DNA from: Bacillota bacterium
GTDB taxonomy: Bacteria > Bacillota > Clostridia > Christensenellales > SZUA-584
Length of the DNA stretch: 64,000 bases
Assembly (NCBI GenBank): GCA_023406895.1
Contig: JAEXTV010000023.1
Location: forward strand, 67,833 to 131,832
Direction: 5' to 3'
The translations under genes and the position numbers were made by a program. Under the pieces are notes generated by a model. It saw nothing but the letters and a program-made list of their open reading frames with translations, searched no databases and had not been told where the DNA came from. This document shows positions 48,845 through 58,718 of this stretch, in pieces. Within the stretch, counting starts at the first letter, position 1. Every line of letters starts with the position of its first letter.

Positions 48845-49501
48845 GACTGGTCAATATCCTCCGTATTTATTTAGTCGGCTGTTTATGAGAACGAAAAACA
48901 GACCGAATACGTATTCGTAATCAATAGAAGGGCATTCACATTTGCACCTATTAATAAACTTGAATTTCCAAATTTAAAACAAATTTTTATAAAAATAACC
49001 TAAAACATTGGAATCATTTCAATTAAATTTGATTTTATTGCATTTTTTGTTGTGTGTTCTATAGTATTTTGCCGATAAATTTGAGTATCTTCCTTTTATA
49101 TCACTGTTAAGCGTGTCATTTTAGGTGCGGACATATATAAACAGCTTAATCGTTTTCGTTGTCCGACATCGCCTTTTGCCACACTCTCCAGCAGCCAGAA
49201 AAGTTTATATGGCAGCTCATTAAACAGATCATGATTCTCCGCCAAACCGAGCAGGTCAGGCGCATGCATATGGCTTATCTTGCGATCAGACACTCAGGTT
49301 TTAAAGCCGGTCACAGCATAGCGAAGAATTGCAGCTATACGGCAAACAAGGCATTGTACGGCCTCCTACGTTTACGCAGCGTCACACTATCATCGCAGCC
49401 CCCTCTGACGACTATTCAGTGTGTTTTGAGATCTTCAAGGTTTGATGCGAAAGCCCGTCTGTCTGCACAAACATAGCCGGAGGGATAACGCTTTAACCCA
49501 C

Positions 49502-49534
49502 AAAAAAAGAACAGCGCCCCGCGAGGAGCGCTGC
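49502..49534 (-). terminator. rho-independent terminator of MCP paralog 2
   Basis: Minus strand: CAGCGCTCC-tcgc-GGGGCGCTG followed by TTCTTTTTTTG. Confidence 0.75.
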
Positions 49535-49551
49535 CTTATCACCACATTCTA

Positions 49552-51774
49552 TTAATATTTTCCGAAGTCATCGTCGCCCAAAACTATCGTATCTTTTTTG
49601 AACCCGCCCCCTATGGCTTTTATGTCGTCTGTACGGCCAATGATGTCTTCATCTTGTCCTTTGAGCCGGAAGTTCGACACCATTGCGCGCAACATTTCAG
49701 CCTGGCTTGAAAGCTCTTCGCTCGCAGCAGCCGTCTCCTCAGATGTGGCCGAGTTGGTCTGAACCACACGCATCATCTGGTCAATACTCGTATTGATTTG
49801 CCTGATGCCGGTTACCTGCTCATTAGACGCCACTGCGATCTGCGCCACAAGCTCTGCAGCCTTATCCACACCGCCGACGATACTTTGCAGCGCAACGGCC
49901 GTCTTGTCCGCAATTTTGGTGCCCGACCCGACGATTGTGATTGAATTCTCTATCAGTTCAGTCGTCTCTTTGGCCGCCTGCGCCGACCTTGCCGCAAGAC
50001 TTCTGACTTCATCTGCCACCACCGCAAAGCCTTTGCCGTGCACGCCTGCCCGCGCGGCTTCAACTGCCGCATTCAGCGCGAGAATATTCGTTTGGAACGC
50101 AATGTCGTCGATAACCTTGATGATCTTCGATATGCTCATTGATGCGGCTTTGATCTCTTCCATTGCCTGCTGCATTTTTTCCATCTGGCTGTTGCCTGCG
50201 GACGCATCTGCCTTCGCGGTCTTTACAAGTTCGTTTGCGTTGTTAGCATTCTCGGCATTCTGTCCCGTTTGCGCCGCAATCTGAGTGACCGTCGACGTCA
50301 ACTGATCAATCTCAGCCGCCTGCTCCGATGCACCCTGAGAAATCGTCTGGCTGCCGTCAGAAACCTGCCGCGACCCGGTTGCCACCTGCGCGGCTGCTGT
50401 GCCGATCTCCGTCAATACGTCATTGAACGATCCAATGCTCATGTTGAGCGAATCCTTAAGGCGAGCAAAATCGCCTTTAAAATCCGATATGATGCTGACT
50501 GTCATGTTTCCTTGAGCGATGCTCTCTAAAATATCCGTCACTTCGTCAATATAGCGTTTCAGTGTCTCTGCTGTCGAGTTGAGCGCATCTTTGATCAGCG
50601 CGTAATCACCCTTGAAATCCCCGGAAACACTCACTTCAAGATTGCCCTCAGCCAGCCCCGAGAGCACTTGCGCTGATTCTTGAATCGGTGCAATCATGGC
50701 ATCGAGCGTTGTGTTGAAGCCGTTCACGATTTCACGGTATATGCCCTGGTGTTTTTCCACATCGGCGCGCACATTGAGGTCACCTTCCATGGCGGCACCG
50801 ATCAATGTGGATGTGTCGCTTTCGAGCGCCCGAATCGAATTTGTTATCGTCGCGATTGCATCCTGCATTTGCCCGATTTCATCTTTCCTCGGGTACACCG
50901 TCAGATTGATATCGGTATCGCCCACCGCGAGCAGCTTCACATGCTTAGTTAAGCGTTTGATCGGCAAGCTGAAGCCTCTGGCAATCAGTGCACCGATCAG
51001 CACCGACAGAACCAGCACAAATCCAGCGCCTGCGATTGTGACTATCAACGTTGAGGACGACGTTTTCTTGGTTTGCGTATCCTGTTTCGTGGAATTTTCC
51101 GTCACAACATATTTCAAAGCGTCAAACGCCCTGCCCACTTCGCCTTCCGCCGTTTTGAGCTCTCCAAATTTCATAATGTCATTGTAAACGGCATCAGTTT
51201 GCCCATTTTTCAGCTTTTCTGTGGCATCCTTGAATAAAACCACATAAGCATCATATTGCGTTTGGAGTTCGTTATATTCGTCCTTCGCTTCTTCCGGCAA
51301 CATCGCGCCGAGCACCTGAATCGTTGAAGGATATGTTGACATATCCATGTTGAGTGTAGAAATATAAGCTTCCCGAGAGGATTCATCTGCAAGCAGCGTT
51401 TGTCTTAAATCGATACATCCTTTGTTGAAAGTATCGCTCATTGAGGCCAATGTTCGAACGGGCATGAGCATCTTCGCGTACATTACGTTTGCATTCTCAC
51501 TGACCGTCAGCAAACTGACAATTGCATAACCACCCAAAGCTGCAGCCAACAGCGCAATTATGAGGAAGCCGAGCATCAGTTTGGGTGCGATCTTCATGTT
51601 GCCCAAAAAAGAGTTGCGCACTTTTGCTTCTTTATTCTTACGCTTTTGTTTTTTGAATTTGCCTTGAGACTTCTGATTAGGGGTTTCTTCTTCTTCAGAC
51701 GGGTTCATGATAACTTCAAACTGCCCTCCGCTGTCATTGCTTTCCGTTATCTGTCTCTTCTTTTTGAGTTTCAT
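49552..51774 (-). CDS. methyl-accepting chemotaxis protein, tandem paralog 2 (740 aa)
   Basis: Same architecture and length as 46622-48844. The cytoplasmic half is nearly identical at protein level and the periplasmic-type sensor region is diverged. Confidence 0.9.
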   Translation of the reverse strand: MKLKKKRQITESNDSGGQFEVIMNPSEEEETPNQKSQGKFKKQKRKNKEAKVRNSFLGNMKIAPKLMLGFLIIALLAAALGGYAIVSLLTVSENANVMYAKMLMPVRTLASMSDTFNKGCIDLRQTLLADESSREAYISTLNMDMSTYPSTIQVLGAMLPEEAKDEYNELQTQYDAYVVLFKDATEKLKNGQTDAVYNDIMKFGELKTAEGEVGRAFDALKYVVTENSTKQDTQTKKTSSSTLIVTIAGAGFVLVLSVLIGALIARGFSLPIKRLTKHVKLLAVGDTDINLTVYPRKDEIGQMQDAIATITNSIRALESDTSTLIGAAMEGDLNVRADVEKHQGIYREIVNGFNTTLDAMIAPIQESAQVLSGLAEGNLEVSVSGDFKGDYALIKDALNSTAETLKRYIDEVTDILESIAQGNMTVSIISDFKGDFARLKDSLNMSIGSFNDVLTEIGTAAAQVATGSRQVSDGSQTISQGASEQAAEIDQLTSTVTQIAAQTGQNAENANNANELVKTAKADASAGNSQMEKMQQAMEEIKAASMSISKIIKVIDDIAFQTNILALNAAVEAARAGVHGKGFAVVADEVRSLAARSAQAAKETTELIENSITIVGSGTKIADKTAVALQSIVGGVDKAAELVAQIAVASNEQVTGIRQINTSIDQMMRVVQTNSATSEETAAASEELSSQAEMLRAMVSNFRLKGQDEDIIGRTDDIKAIGGGFKKDTIVLGDDDFGKY

Positions 51775-51979
51775 GAGTGTGAATTTCCTCCGTATTTATT
51801 ATAATCGATTTCAGGTGATAATAAGAAACCGAACCATAAATCAGATCGTTTGTGTATGTACATTATTAATAAACTTGAAATATGAATATAAAAACGAAAA
51901 ACCGAAATTTTTCGTAAAAATACGAAAATAAACGGGTAATTTTCGTAAATAATGGGTCTTATGGTATAAATAAGTCGCT

Positions 51980-52957
51980 TCAATCCGCTCCGCAATGCCA
52001 TTTGACGGTATCGCGCATTGTTTCTTCAAGCAAACGCGGGCAAAAGCCGATCTCCGTTTTCGCTTTTTGATTGGATACTCTCACGCCGGAGGTCACGACG
52101 TCGATTGTTTCCCGCGTGATGATTGGCGTTTTATCCGCCAGACGGTAATAAACACAAAGCACGGCCGCAGCCGCTTTGACCAAAAAAACCGGCAGATTCA
52201 TTGTTTTAAGCTCTATGCCTGCACTGCGGCCAATGAGCCGGATCATCCGTGAGATGGTGCATTCTTCACCGGAGATGATATAACCTTCCCCATGTTTGCC
52301 ATGCTGCCATGCGCGAATGATACCATCCGCCACATCGCGCACATCCACGAAATCGAATTTTCCCGCGAAACAAGGCTGGATACCGCGGGCTCGGATATAC
52401 TTTTTGATCATAGTTCCTGTCATCGACATACGGTAATCAAACGGGCCAATGACACCCGTCGGATAGACAATAACGGCATTGAGGCCGCGATTGCTACATG
52501 CGTTCAACACTTCGAGCGTACCCATAAGCTTTGTGCGGCTGTACTCATCGGTACAAAGAGAAAAATCAGGATTCACCGTTTCGTCAATGCGGTTGTCGGA
52601 TGACGGTATGAGTGCGTGTATGGTGGATACATAAACAAGGCGCTTAATGCCATGCGTCAGGCACGCGTTGATGATATTGACCACCCCGCCCACATTGACG
52701 TCAATAAGCTTTTGTTTATCTGTGCCGGACATATGAATATAGCCTGCGAGATGCAGCACGTCGGTGCATCCGCAAACCGCTTCGCTGACGGCCTGCGCGT
52801 CGCGAATGTCGCAGTGCACTATTTCTTGAACGTATGGCTCGATGAAAGACGTATCACCGCCCTGTACCGTCACACGCAGATTGTGATAACCCTGATCGTA
52901 GAGCTGCCGAATCAGCACGTTGCCGATATGCCCTCTCGCTCCGGTTACAAGTATCAT
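51980..52957 (-). CDS. NAD-dependent epimerase/dehydratase (extended SDR) family protein
   Basis: MILVTGARGHIGNVLIRQL (TGxxGxxG). YSRTK is the YxxxK catalytic motif. 325 aa. Confidence 0.85.
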   Translation of the reverse strand: MILVTGARGHIGNVLIRQLYDQGYHNLRVTVQGGDTSFIEPYVQEIVHCDIRDAQAVSEAVCGCTDVLHLAGYIHMSGTDKQKLIDVNVGGVVNIINACLTHGIKRLVYVSTIHALIPSSDNRIDETVNPDFSLCTDEYSRTKLMGTLEVLNACSNRGLNAVIVYPTGVIGPFDYRMSMTGTMIKKYIRARGIQPCFAGKFDFVDVRDVADGIIRAWQHGKHGEGYIISGEECTISRMIRLIGRSAGIELKTMNLPVFLVKAAAAVLCVYYRLADKTPIITRETIDVVTSGVRVSNQKAKTEIGFCPRLLEETMRDTVKWHCGAD

Positions 52958-52960
52958 TAT

Positions 52961-53302
52961 CTATTCCTCGTATTTTACCGGAACCATTGCCAACACAACG
53001 CTCATGATATAGACCACCGCGGGAATGCACAGCCACGGAAAACCGAAGACAAGGATAACGAGCGTGACAGCAAACATGAGCACAGAGCCCAGCAGATGAT
53101 GCCATTTGACAATCACCGCACCGATAATACCAAGCGCATTGGCGGCAAACAGCACAATGGCATATGTTTGCACACTGGCCGCATCATGGGGCAAAAGCAC
53201 GTCATTGTCTGAATAGGGCAGCACCTGCATCAGGGAAAGAACCGACAATATGATACCTGTTAATCCTGCGGCCACACCGAGGCCGATTTCCAATTTACGC
53301 AT
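52961..53302 (-). CDS. small integral membrane protein, function unknown
   Basis: 3-4 hydrophobic helices. It lies 3 nt upstream of the SDR gene. A TATAAT and GAGGGTGA lie upstream. Alternative start at 53314. Confidence 0.5.
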   Translation of the reverse strand: MRKLEIGLGVAAGLTGIILSVLSLMQVLPYSDNDVLLPHDAASVQTYAIVLFAANALGIIGAVIVKWHHLLGSVLMFAVTLVILVFGFPWLCIPAVVYIMSVVLAMVPVKYEE

Positions 53303-53565
53303 AGTCACCCTCACTGTTTTATCTTTTCCGTATTATACCGCAAAAAGGGCTTGTGGGCAATGCACAAGCCTGATTCTGCCGATTGAGTATGCGTATGCTT
53401 GTTTGGCTCCTCAATGATATCGCGTTACAGTGTGCACAAGACAGAAAAAACTGCGGAGTCGGTCAATCGGCTGCATCACAAAACCAACATTGCGATATTA
53501 CCGCGGATTGTATGAGAATATGTGGAAATCCAAATCCTCTTTGCAGGCACCATCGGGAAAATGGC

Positions 53566-53594
53566 ACTCAAAAAGCCGCGCGTTCTGCGCGGCT
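53566..53594 (-). terminator. rho-independent terminator after spoIIID
   Basis: Minus strand: AGCCGCGC-agaac-GCGCGGCT forms an 8-bp GC stem followed by TTTTGAG. Confidence 0.65.
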
Positions 53595-53649
53595 CCGAAC
53601 CGTAGCCGCCTATTCGCGGAAGCGCCGGTGCACCAGCGGGCAGCCCCGC

Positions 53650-53907
53650 CTATTTCACCACCGATTCCTTATATTTTAAACGCGTGGCGTTACCGCCGCG
53701 TATGTGACGTTCGTCCTTGTTTTTTTTGAGCACCTCGGCCACCGCCTTGGCCAGTGCCGGTGAAATGGCGGTCAGGCGTTCGGTTAAGTCCTTATGCACC
53801 GTGCTTTTGCTCGTACCAAAGGTTTTCGCCGCCTGCCGCACCGTGGCACCGCTTTCCAGCACATAGTCCGCAATGCGCTGTACCCTGTCTTCAATGTATT
53901 CCTTCAT
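53650..53907 (-). CDS. spoIIID: stage III sporulation transcriptional regulator SpoIIID
   Basis: MKEYIEDRVQRIADYVLESGATVRQAAKTFGTSKSTVHKDLTERL...HIRGGNATRLKYK closely parallels B. subtilis SpoIIID (..SKSTVHKDLTERL..RGGEATKLKYK). The ORF runs to 54030 and was trimmed. Confidence 0.9.
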   Translation of the reverse strand: MKEYIEDRVQRIADYVLESGATVRQAAKTFGTSKSTVHKDLTERLTAISPALAKAVAEVLKKNKDERHIRGGNATRLKYKESVVK

Positions 53908-54240
53908 ACAATAAGCCCCCTTCGACCATACTTTGTACATGTGTATGTACCTAAGAAAGCTTGTATGTATTACGCCATTAAAAAAACGGCGGCAGTATAC
54001 CGCACTCTCCGCAAATGCGTGAGATGGCAAAGAAATCGACAGGCCGCAGTTATTGAAATATTGTCGATTTTTATATATTTTAGTATTGTTTTATATTTTA
54101 TTATCATATATGATATGATGTGACAGTTATAAATGCCCATATTTTATATAATTATGGCTTTAATTCTATAATGATGCGATTATTGAATTGTTTTGGGCTG
54201 TAAATCCCATATAATAAAAACATACGTTAAGGAGAAAGAT

Positions 54241-57051
54241 ATGAGAAAAAGAGTCGTTTGCCTGCTGATGACGCTTTTGCTGTTGTTGTCGTTCCCTGTT
54301 TCGGCGATGGCGGAAGACGGCAGCGAGAACAACCGGGATGCAGCGAGGCAGGCCGCCACGCCGGACCCCCGCGACATTTATCAGGATTTCATAGACCACC
54401 TGAACGGATCACTTGATACGAGTATTATGCATTCTGAGTCCACTACTGATGGCGTGCCAGTAACCGCTGCCGCCTATGAAGGGGACTGGGGATATTATAT
54501 CAATGACGGCGGAACAGCCACGATCGCGAATTACAGAGGAACAGCATCGTCCGTTATCACGCCGACGACGCTCGGCGGCGTAACGGTGACACAGATCGGC
54601 ACCTACGCATTTTCTGAACAATTCACCGATAACCATACCCTGGTTTCCGTTGAAATTTCCGAAGGCGTAAAACAACTCGGTGACATTGAAGACAAAGGCA
54701 TTTTGTATGGCAATGTTTTTGAATTTTGCGAATCATTAACTTCGGTTAAGCTTCCTTTATCCCTTGAAAAGCTGGGAATTATGTCTTTTATGGATTGTCC
54801 ATCCCTCGCTACAATCACTGTCGCATCTGGCAATACCTATTTTAAAGTGGATGACGGCATTCTGTTCAGCAACGACGACGGCGGTACAACCTTCGACGTG
54901 CTGGAGTTCTATCCTACCTCACAGACTGCGGAAGACTACACAGTACCCGCAGATATCGTAAAAATCGCTCCCTTTGCGATCGAACTCAACGAAAATATTA
55001 AGTCGCTCAGCTTGCCTTCCAGCCTGAGATCATGCGACGATGGCGTTGTCAACATGCCGAATCTGGAGACTTTAGATGTGGCAGACGGCATCACCCGTAT
55101 ATCCGGCTTCATCAATTGCCCAAAACTCAACAAAGTTTCCTTGCCCGATTCTGTGGATACCTACGGCTGGATGTTGTTTGGATATTGCGGCAAGCTAACA
55201 GGATTTGTTCGGACTACTTCCAATTTAAAAAAGATCGAATCCCAAGCATTCTGGCAAAGTGGGTTCACCAGCGTTAATATACCCGCAACTGTTGAAACAA
55301 TCGGCACGGGCGCTTATGGATGTTGTCTTGATTTAACATCTTTCAATGTGAATACCTCAAATACAAAATACAAACATGACATCTACGGCGTGCTGCTCAG
55401 CAAAGACGGCACCGATCTCATTATGTATCCTGCCGGCAAAACCGCAAGCAGCTACACTGTTCCGAACACCGTCGCTACCATATGGAGCTACGCATTTTAC
55501 GCCTCGCTCCTCAATCAAGTATCGCTGCCGAACAGTCTGCAGGGTATCGGCGACTTTGCCTTTGATTTCGGTATCTTATCGAGTGTCGTCATCCCGCAAA
55601 ATGTCAGTTCAATAGGATACTCAGCCTTTAAGTACAATGACTATCTTAAGAAGTGTATCGTATACAGCAATAACGTTGATTACGATTATGATGTATTTTA
55701 CGGGTCACCCTATGTTGTGCTTTACGGCAATGCGGGCTCGACCACGCAGAGTTATGCCTCTGACTATGGCATTCCGTTCGGCACCATCACCACATCCATC
55801 CGGGTTAGCCCTTCCTCAGCGAGAATGGTGGTGGGCACTTTGGGAATGCTGGATATATCCACCACGCCCGCAGGCGGCTATGTGACATGGAGCAGCAATA
55901 ATCCCACCGTGGCCACGGTGGACGCAGACGGTGTGATATCAGCCAAGGCCGTGGGTACCGTAAGAATTACCGCCACAAGCCTTGATCGGTCGGCATCGTG
56001 CACCATCTATGTGGAAGCGCTCAAGCCGGTTGGCATCAGCTGCACCAAAACGGACGCGACCGTATACGGTGCCGCAAACGGCAGCGTGACTGTATCGGCA
56101 TCGGGCGGCAATTCCGGCTACTATGAATATTCCCTCAACAACGGGACAAACTGGCAGGATTCGAATGTGTTCGGCGGTGTTGCCGCAGGCACCTATACCG
56201 CAACCGTGCGCGACCCCTATGTGCCGGAGAATATCGCCACCTGCAGCGTGTCGATCGACCAGCCGAAGTACATGGGCAGCGTTCCGGCCAAAAAAATAGC
56301 GTCCAAAGTGAACGCGGGCAACGCGTTGACCATCGTTCCCCCCGCACCCCCCAAGGGATACACCGTTCAATCGGTCACGTACTCGTCGAGCAATCCCGCC
56401 ATTGCGTCTGTGGATGCGGGCGGCAACGTGACGTTCCTTGCGGGCGGCAAGGTGACGATCATCACGAAGATCGTATCGCAGACGGTGGACAAGAAGGGTA
56501 AGGTCAAGACAAAAACCACCACGGTGAAAAAGTCGATCACCGTCCGTCAGCCGGTTGCGTCGATATCGCTGAACATGACCAATACCACCATCGCGCGGAC
56601 GCAGAAGGTGAAGCTGGGCACAGCCATTGCGCCGGGCACCGCGAGCAACAAAAAGCTCAAATGGACATCGAGCAACCCCAAGGTGGCGGCGGTTTCCAGC
56701 TCGGGCGTCGTCACGGGCAAAGCGGGCGGCACAGCGGTGATCACCTGCACGGCGACGGACGGCAGCGGCAAATCGGCGAGCTGCACCGTCAACGTCACGC
56801 CGATTTATCCGACGGGTATCAAGCTCTCGAAGGCGGCGCTGACGCTGAAAACAGGCAAAACGGGCTCGCTGAAAGCGACGATCGCCCCCAAGAATACTGA
56901 CTTTAAAACGGTGACGTGGGCGAGCAGCAATCCGGGCGTCGTCACGGTGGACGCGAAGGGCAAGCTTAAGGCCGTCGCACCGGGCACAGCCGTGATCACG
57001 GCAACCACGAGCAGCGGCCAATCCGCATCGTGCACAGTGACGGTGCAATAA
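54241..57051 (+). CDS. secreted surface protein: BspA-type leucine-rich repeats, an SprB-like repeat and several Big_2 Ig-like domains
   Basis: Signal peptide MRKRVVCLLMTLLLLLSFPVSAMA after AAGGAGAAAG. Repeated '..IP..V..IG..AF..C..L..V' LRR units. Big_2 units of the form 'W.SSNP.VA.V...G.V.....G.A.ITAT'. Confidence 0.85.
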   Translation: MRKRVVCLLMTLLLLLSFPVSAMAEDGSENNRDAARQAATPDPRDIYQDFIDHLNGSLDTSIMHSESTTDGVPVTAAAYEGDWGYYINDGGTATIANYRGTASSVITPTTLGGVTVTQIGTYAFSEQFTDNHTLVSVEISEGVKQLGDIEDKGILYGNVFEFCESLTSVKLPLSLEKLGIMSFMDCPSLATITVASGNTYFKVDDGILFSNDDGGTTFDVLEFYPTSQTAEDYTVPADIVKIAPFAIELNENIKSLSLPSSLRSCDDGVVNMPNLETLDVADGITRISGFINCPKLNKVSLPDSVDTYGWMLFGYCGKLTGFVRTTSNLKKIESQAFWQSGFTSVNIPATVETIGTGAYGCCLDLTSFNVNTSNTKYKHDIYGVLLSKDGTDLIMYPAGKTASSYTVPNTVATIWSYAFYASLLNQVSLPNSLQGIGDFAFDFGILSSVVIPQNVSSIGYSAFKYNDYLKKCIVYSNNVDYDYDVFYGSPYVVLYGNAGSTTQSYASDYGIPFGTITTSIRVSPSSARMVVGTLGMLDISTTPAGGYVTWSSNNPTVATVDADGVISAKAVGTVRITATSLDRSASCTIYVEALKPVGISCTKTDATVYGAANGSVTVSASGGNSGYYEYSLNNGTNWQDSNVFGGVAAGTYTATVRDPYVPENIATCSVSIDQPKYMGSVPAKKIASKVNAGNALTIVPPAPPKGYTVQSVTYSSSNPAIASVDAGGNVTFLAGGKVTIITKIVSQTVDKKGKVKTKTTTVKKSITVRQPVASISLNMTNTTIARTQKVKLGTAIAPGTASNKKLKWTSSNPKVAAVSSSGVVTGKAGGTAVITCTATDGSGKSASCTVNVTPIYPTGIKLSKAALTLKTGKTGSLKATIAPKNTDFKTVTWASSNPGVVTVDAKGKLKAVAPGTAVITATTSSGQSASCTVTVQ

Positions 57052-57077
57052 CGCCAAACAGCAAAGCCATATGAAGA

Positions 57078-57116
57078 AGCGCCTGACCGATTCAATCGGC
57101 AGGCGCTTTTATTTTG
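57078..57116 (+). terminator. rho-independent terminator of the LRR/Big_2 gene
   Basis: AGCGCCTG-accgattcaatcgg-CAGGCGCT followed by TTTTATTTT. Confidence 0.8.
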
Positions 57117-57248
57117 CGGAACAATTCATCCGGTGAAGATATGTGCAGCTTTTTTAATAGTATATCGTGTATCTGAAAAAGCCTTCTCATCGTAGAGAAG
57201 GTAGTAAGCAGTACCGAATGAGGCGATAAGCGAAAGCAGATCATACAA

Positions 57249-57296
57249 CCACCTCATCAGTCGCCTGTCGGCGCCAGCTTCTGCGAGGAGAAGCCT
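57249..57296. repeat. copy of the dispersed intergenic element (CCTCATCAGTCGCC..hairpin)
   Basis: CACCTCATCAGTCGCCTGTCGGCGCCAGCTTCTGCGAGGAGAAGCCTT. The terminal GCTTCT-gcgagg-AGAAGC forms a hairpin. A second hairpin, CCTTCTC-atcgta-GAGAAGG, lies at 57182-57201. Confidence 0.4.
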
Positions 57297-57407
57297 TAAA
57301 AAATGCGCTTAACAAAAATTCGGCCCAAGGACAGCCAGTTAAAGCCGCTGCGGCTGCCGACCGCTGAATGCCTTAAGACGATATCGGTGATAATGGCTTT
57401 GCCCTCT

Positions 57408-57446
57408 TAAGAAAATCCCCCGAACTTCAGTTGAAGCCACCGGGGG
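57408..57446 (-). terminator. rho-independent terminator of the SpoIID-cohesin operon
   Basis: Minus strand: CCCCCG-gtggcttcaactgaagtt-CGGGGG followed by ATTTTCTT. Confidence 0.65.
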
Positions 57447-57479
57447 ATGTTGATGTTCTCAGAATATTTGGATAGAGGC

Positions 57480-58718
57480 TTAAACGCGATGATCTGTTTC
57501 ATCTTCCTTTTTCGGTGCCGCGTCATTGCGCTTTTCCCACCGGGCCGCGCGGCGTTTGCTGCGCGACTTTTTCGATGTATACAACACCGCAAGCACAATC
57601 ACCGCCGCAGCCAGCACGGCACATGCCCCGCACAGCGCGTAAAAGAGAGTTTGATCAATCGCGAATCCGCCGATGTCAGCCGGTGCCGAAACGGGTGCCG
57701 ATGATGGCTCCGCGGAAGGCTGTGCAGTCGGCTGCGCCGGTGCCGATAAAGCCGCTCCCTTGTACCGCTGCAGCGATTCATCCTCGGTGCTGAACAGATA
57801 GAACCCCTTTTCGCCCGCCGCGTTGCGCACATAAACGAGGTAAACGGTGCCGTCGGAGCCCTTTTGTGTCCACGCGGGCATCTGCTTCTCTTTCCAGGTC
57901 AGCGTGGTTTCTTCAAACCCTTCGGGCACTGCGATGCCCTCCTCCGGCTTTACGATCGTATAGCTTGCGGATACCGACAGCAGCGTGTAATACGGGAAAA
58001 GCGTATTCTTTTCCTCGTTGTAGATATAATAGCCCGCGTTCTCCCCCGTCTCTTCCGAGAGATACAGCAGCGTTAAATCCTCGCTGTCTGGAATGGCTGC
58101 GCCGCCCACGAATTCGCCTTTGTACGTGACCTGCTTATCCACATACCCGGACGGCAGCGTCAGGCTGCTGAGTGAGCGCCAGATGTACATCTGAGCTGCG
58201 GCGCCTTCCACGTTTTCGGCGGCGACACCCGTTTGCGCGAGGTTGACCGGCGGCACGCTCGGCTCGGTACCGGGCGCGGCCGCATCCGCCGCGGCCACCG
58301 TGATGCTGACGCCCGCCTCCGCCGTTTCAAGCACCTGCTCGTCGTAGCTGAGCACGCTGTCCATCGACACGTTCACAACCGCTTCGCCCTGGCCGATGGC
58401 CGCAAATTTGATGACCGCCGTCAGTGACGACGCACCGCCCTCCTGCGCCGCCACCATGTTGATCGATCCGTCCGACGCGCCGCCGTTGCTGCTGACATAC
58501 GTCAGCAGAGCCGGGTCGTATGTGAAAGAGCCGTCCGCGACGGCGATATGCTCGGCGGACACAACGACGGTGACTGTCACCGTATCACCCACCTTCACCG
58601 AGGTGGCATCCGCTTTCACGGAGATATCGGTTGCCAGGGCGACAACCGGAAAGATAAGCATCAGTATCAGCGCCGGTATCAGCGCGGTGATTCTTTTTAT
58701 TGTCTGTTTTGTTTTCAT
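57480..58718 (-). CDS. membrane-anchored cohesin-domain protein
   Basis: Signal peptide, then a cohesin-like module (VKADATSVKVGDTVTVTVVVSAEHIAVADGSFTYDPALLTYVSS...). Then a middle domain, a Pro/Ala linker, a C-terminal TM segment LFYALCGACAVLAAAVIVLAVLY and a basic tail. Its ATG overlaps the upstream TGA (ATGA at 58715-58718). Confidence 0.7.
   Translation of the reverse strand: MKTKQTIKRITALIPALILMLIFPVVALATDISVKADATSVKVGDTVTVTVVVSAEHIAVADGSFTYDPALLTYVSSNGGASDGSINMVAAQEGGASSLTAVIKFAAIGQGEAVVNVSMDSVLSYDEQVLETAEAGVSITVAAADAAAPGTEPSVPPVNLAQTGVAAENVEGAAAQMYIWRSLSSLTLPSGYVDKQVTYKGEFVGGAAIPDSEDLTLLYLSEETGENAGYYIYNEEKNTLFPYYTLLSVSASYTIVKPEEGIAVPEGFEETTLTWKEKQMPAWTQKGSDGTVYLVYVRNAAGEKGFYLFSTEDESLQRYKGAALSAPAQPTAQPSAEPSSAPVSAPADIGGFAIDQTLFYALCGACAVLAAAVIVLAVLYTSKKSRSKRRAARWEKRNDAAPKKEDETDHRV

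Noticed and set aside
55939-57057. 372-aa minus-strand ORF
   Set aside because: It is antisense to the LRR/Big_2 gene. Its composition is Arg/Gly/Ala-rich with no recognisable motif, so it is a shadow ORF.
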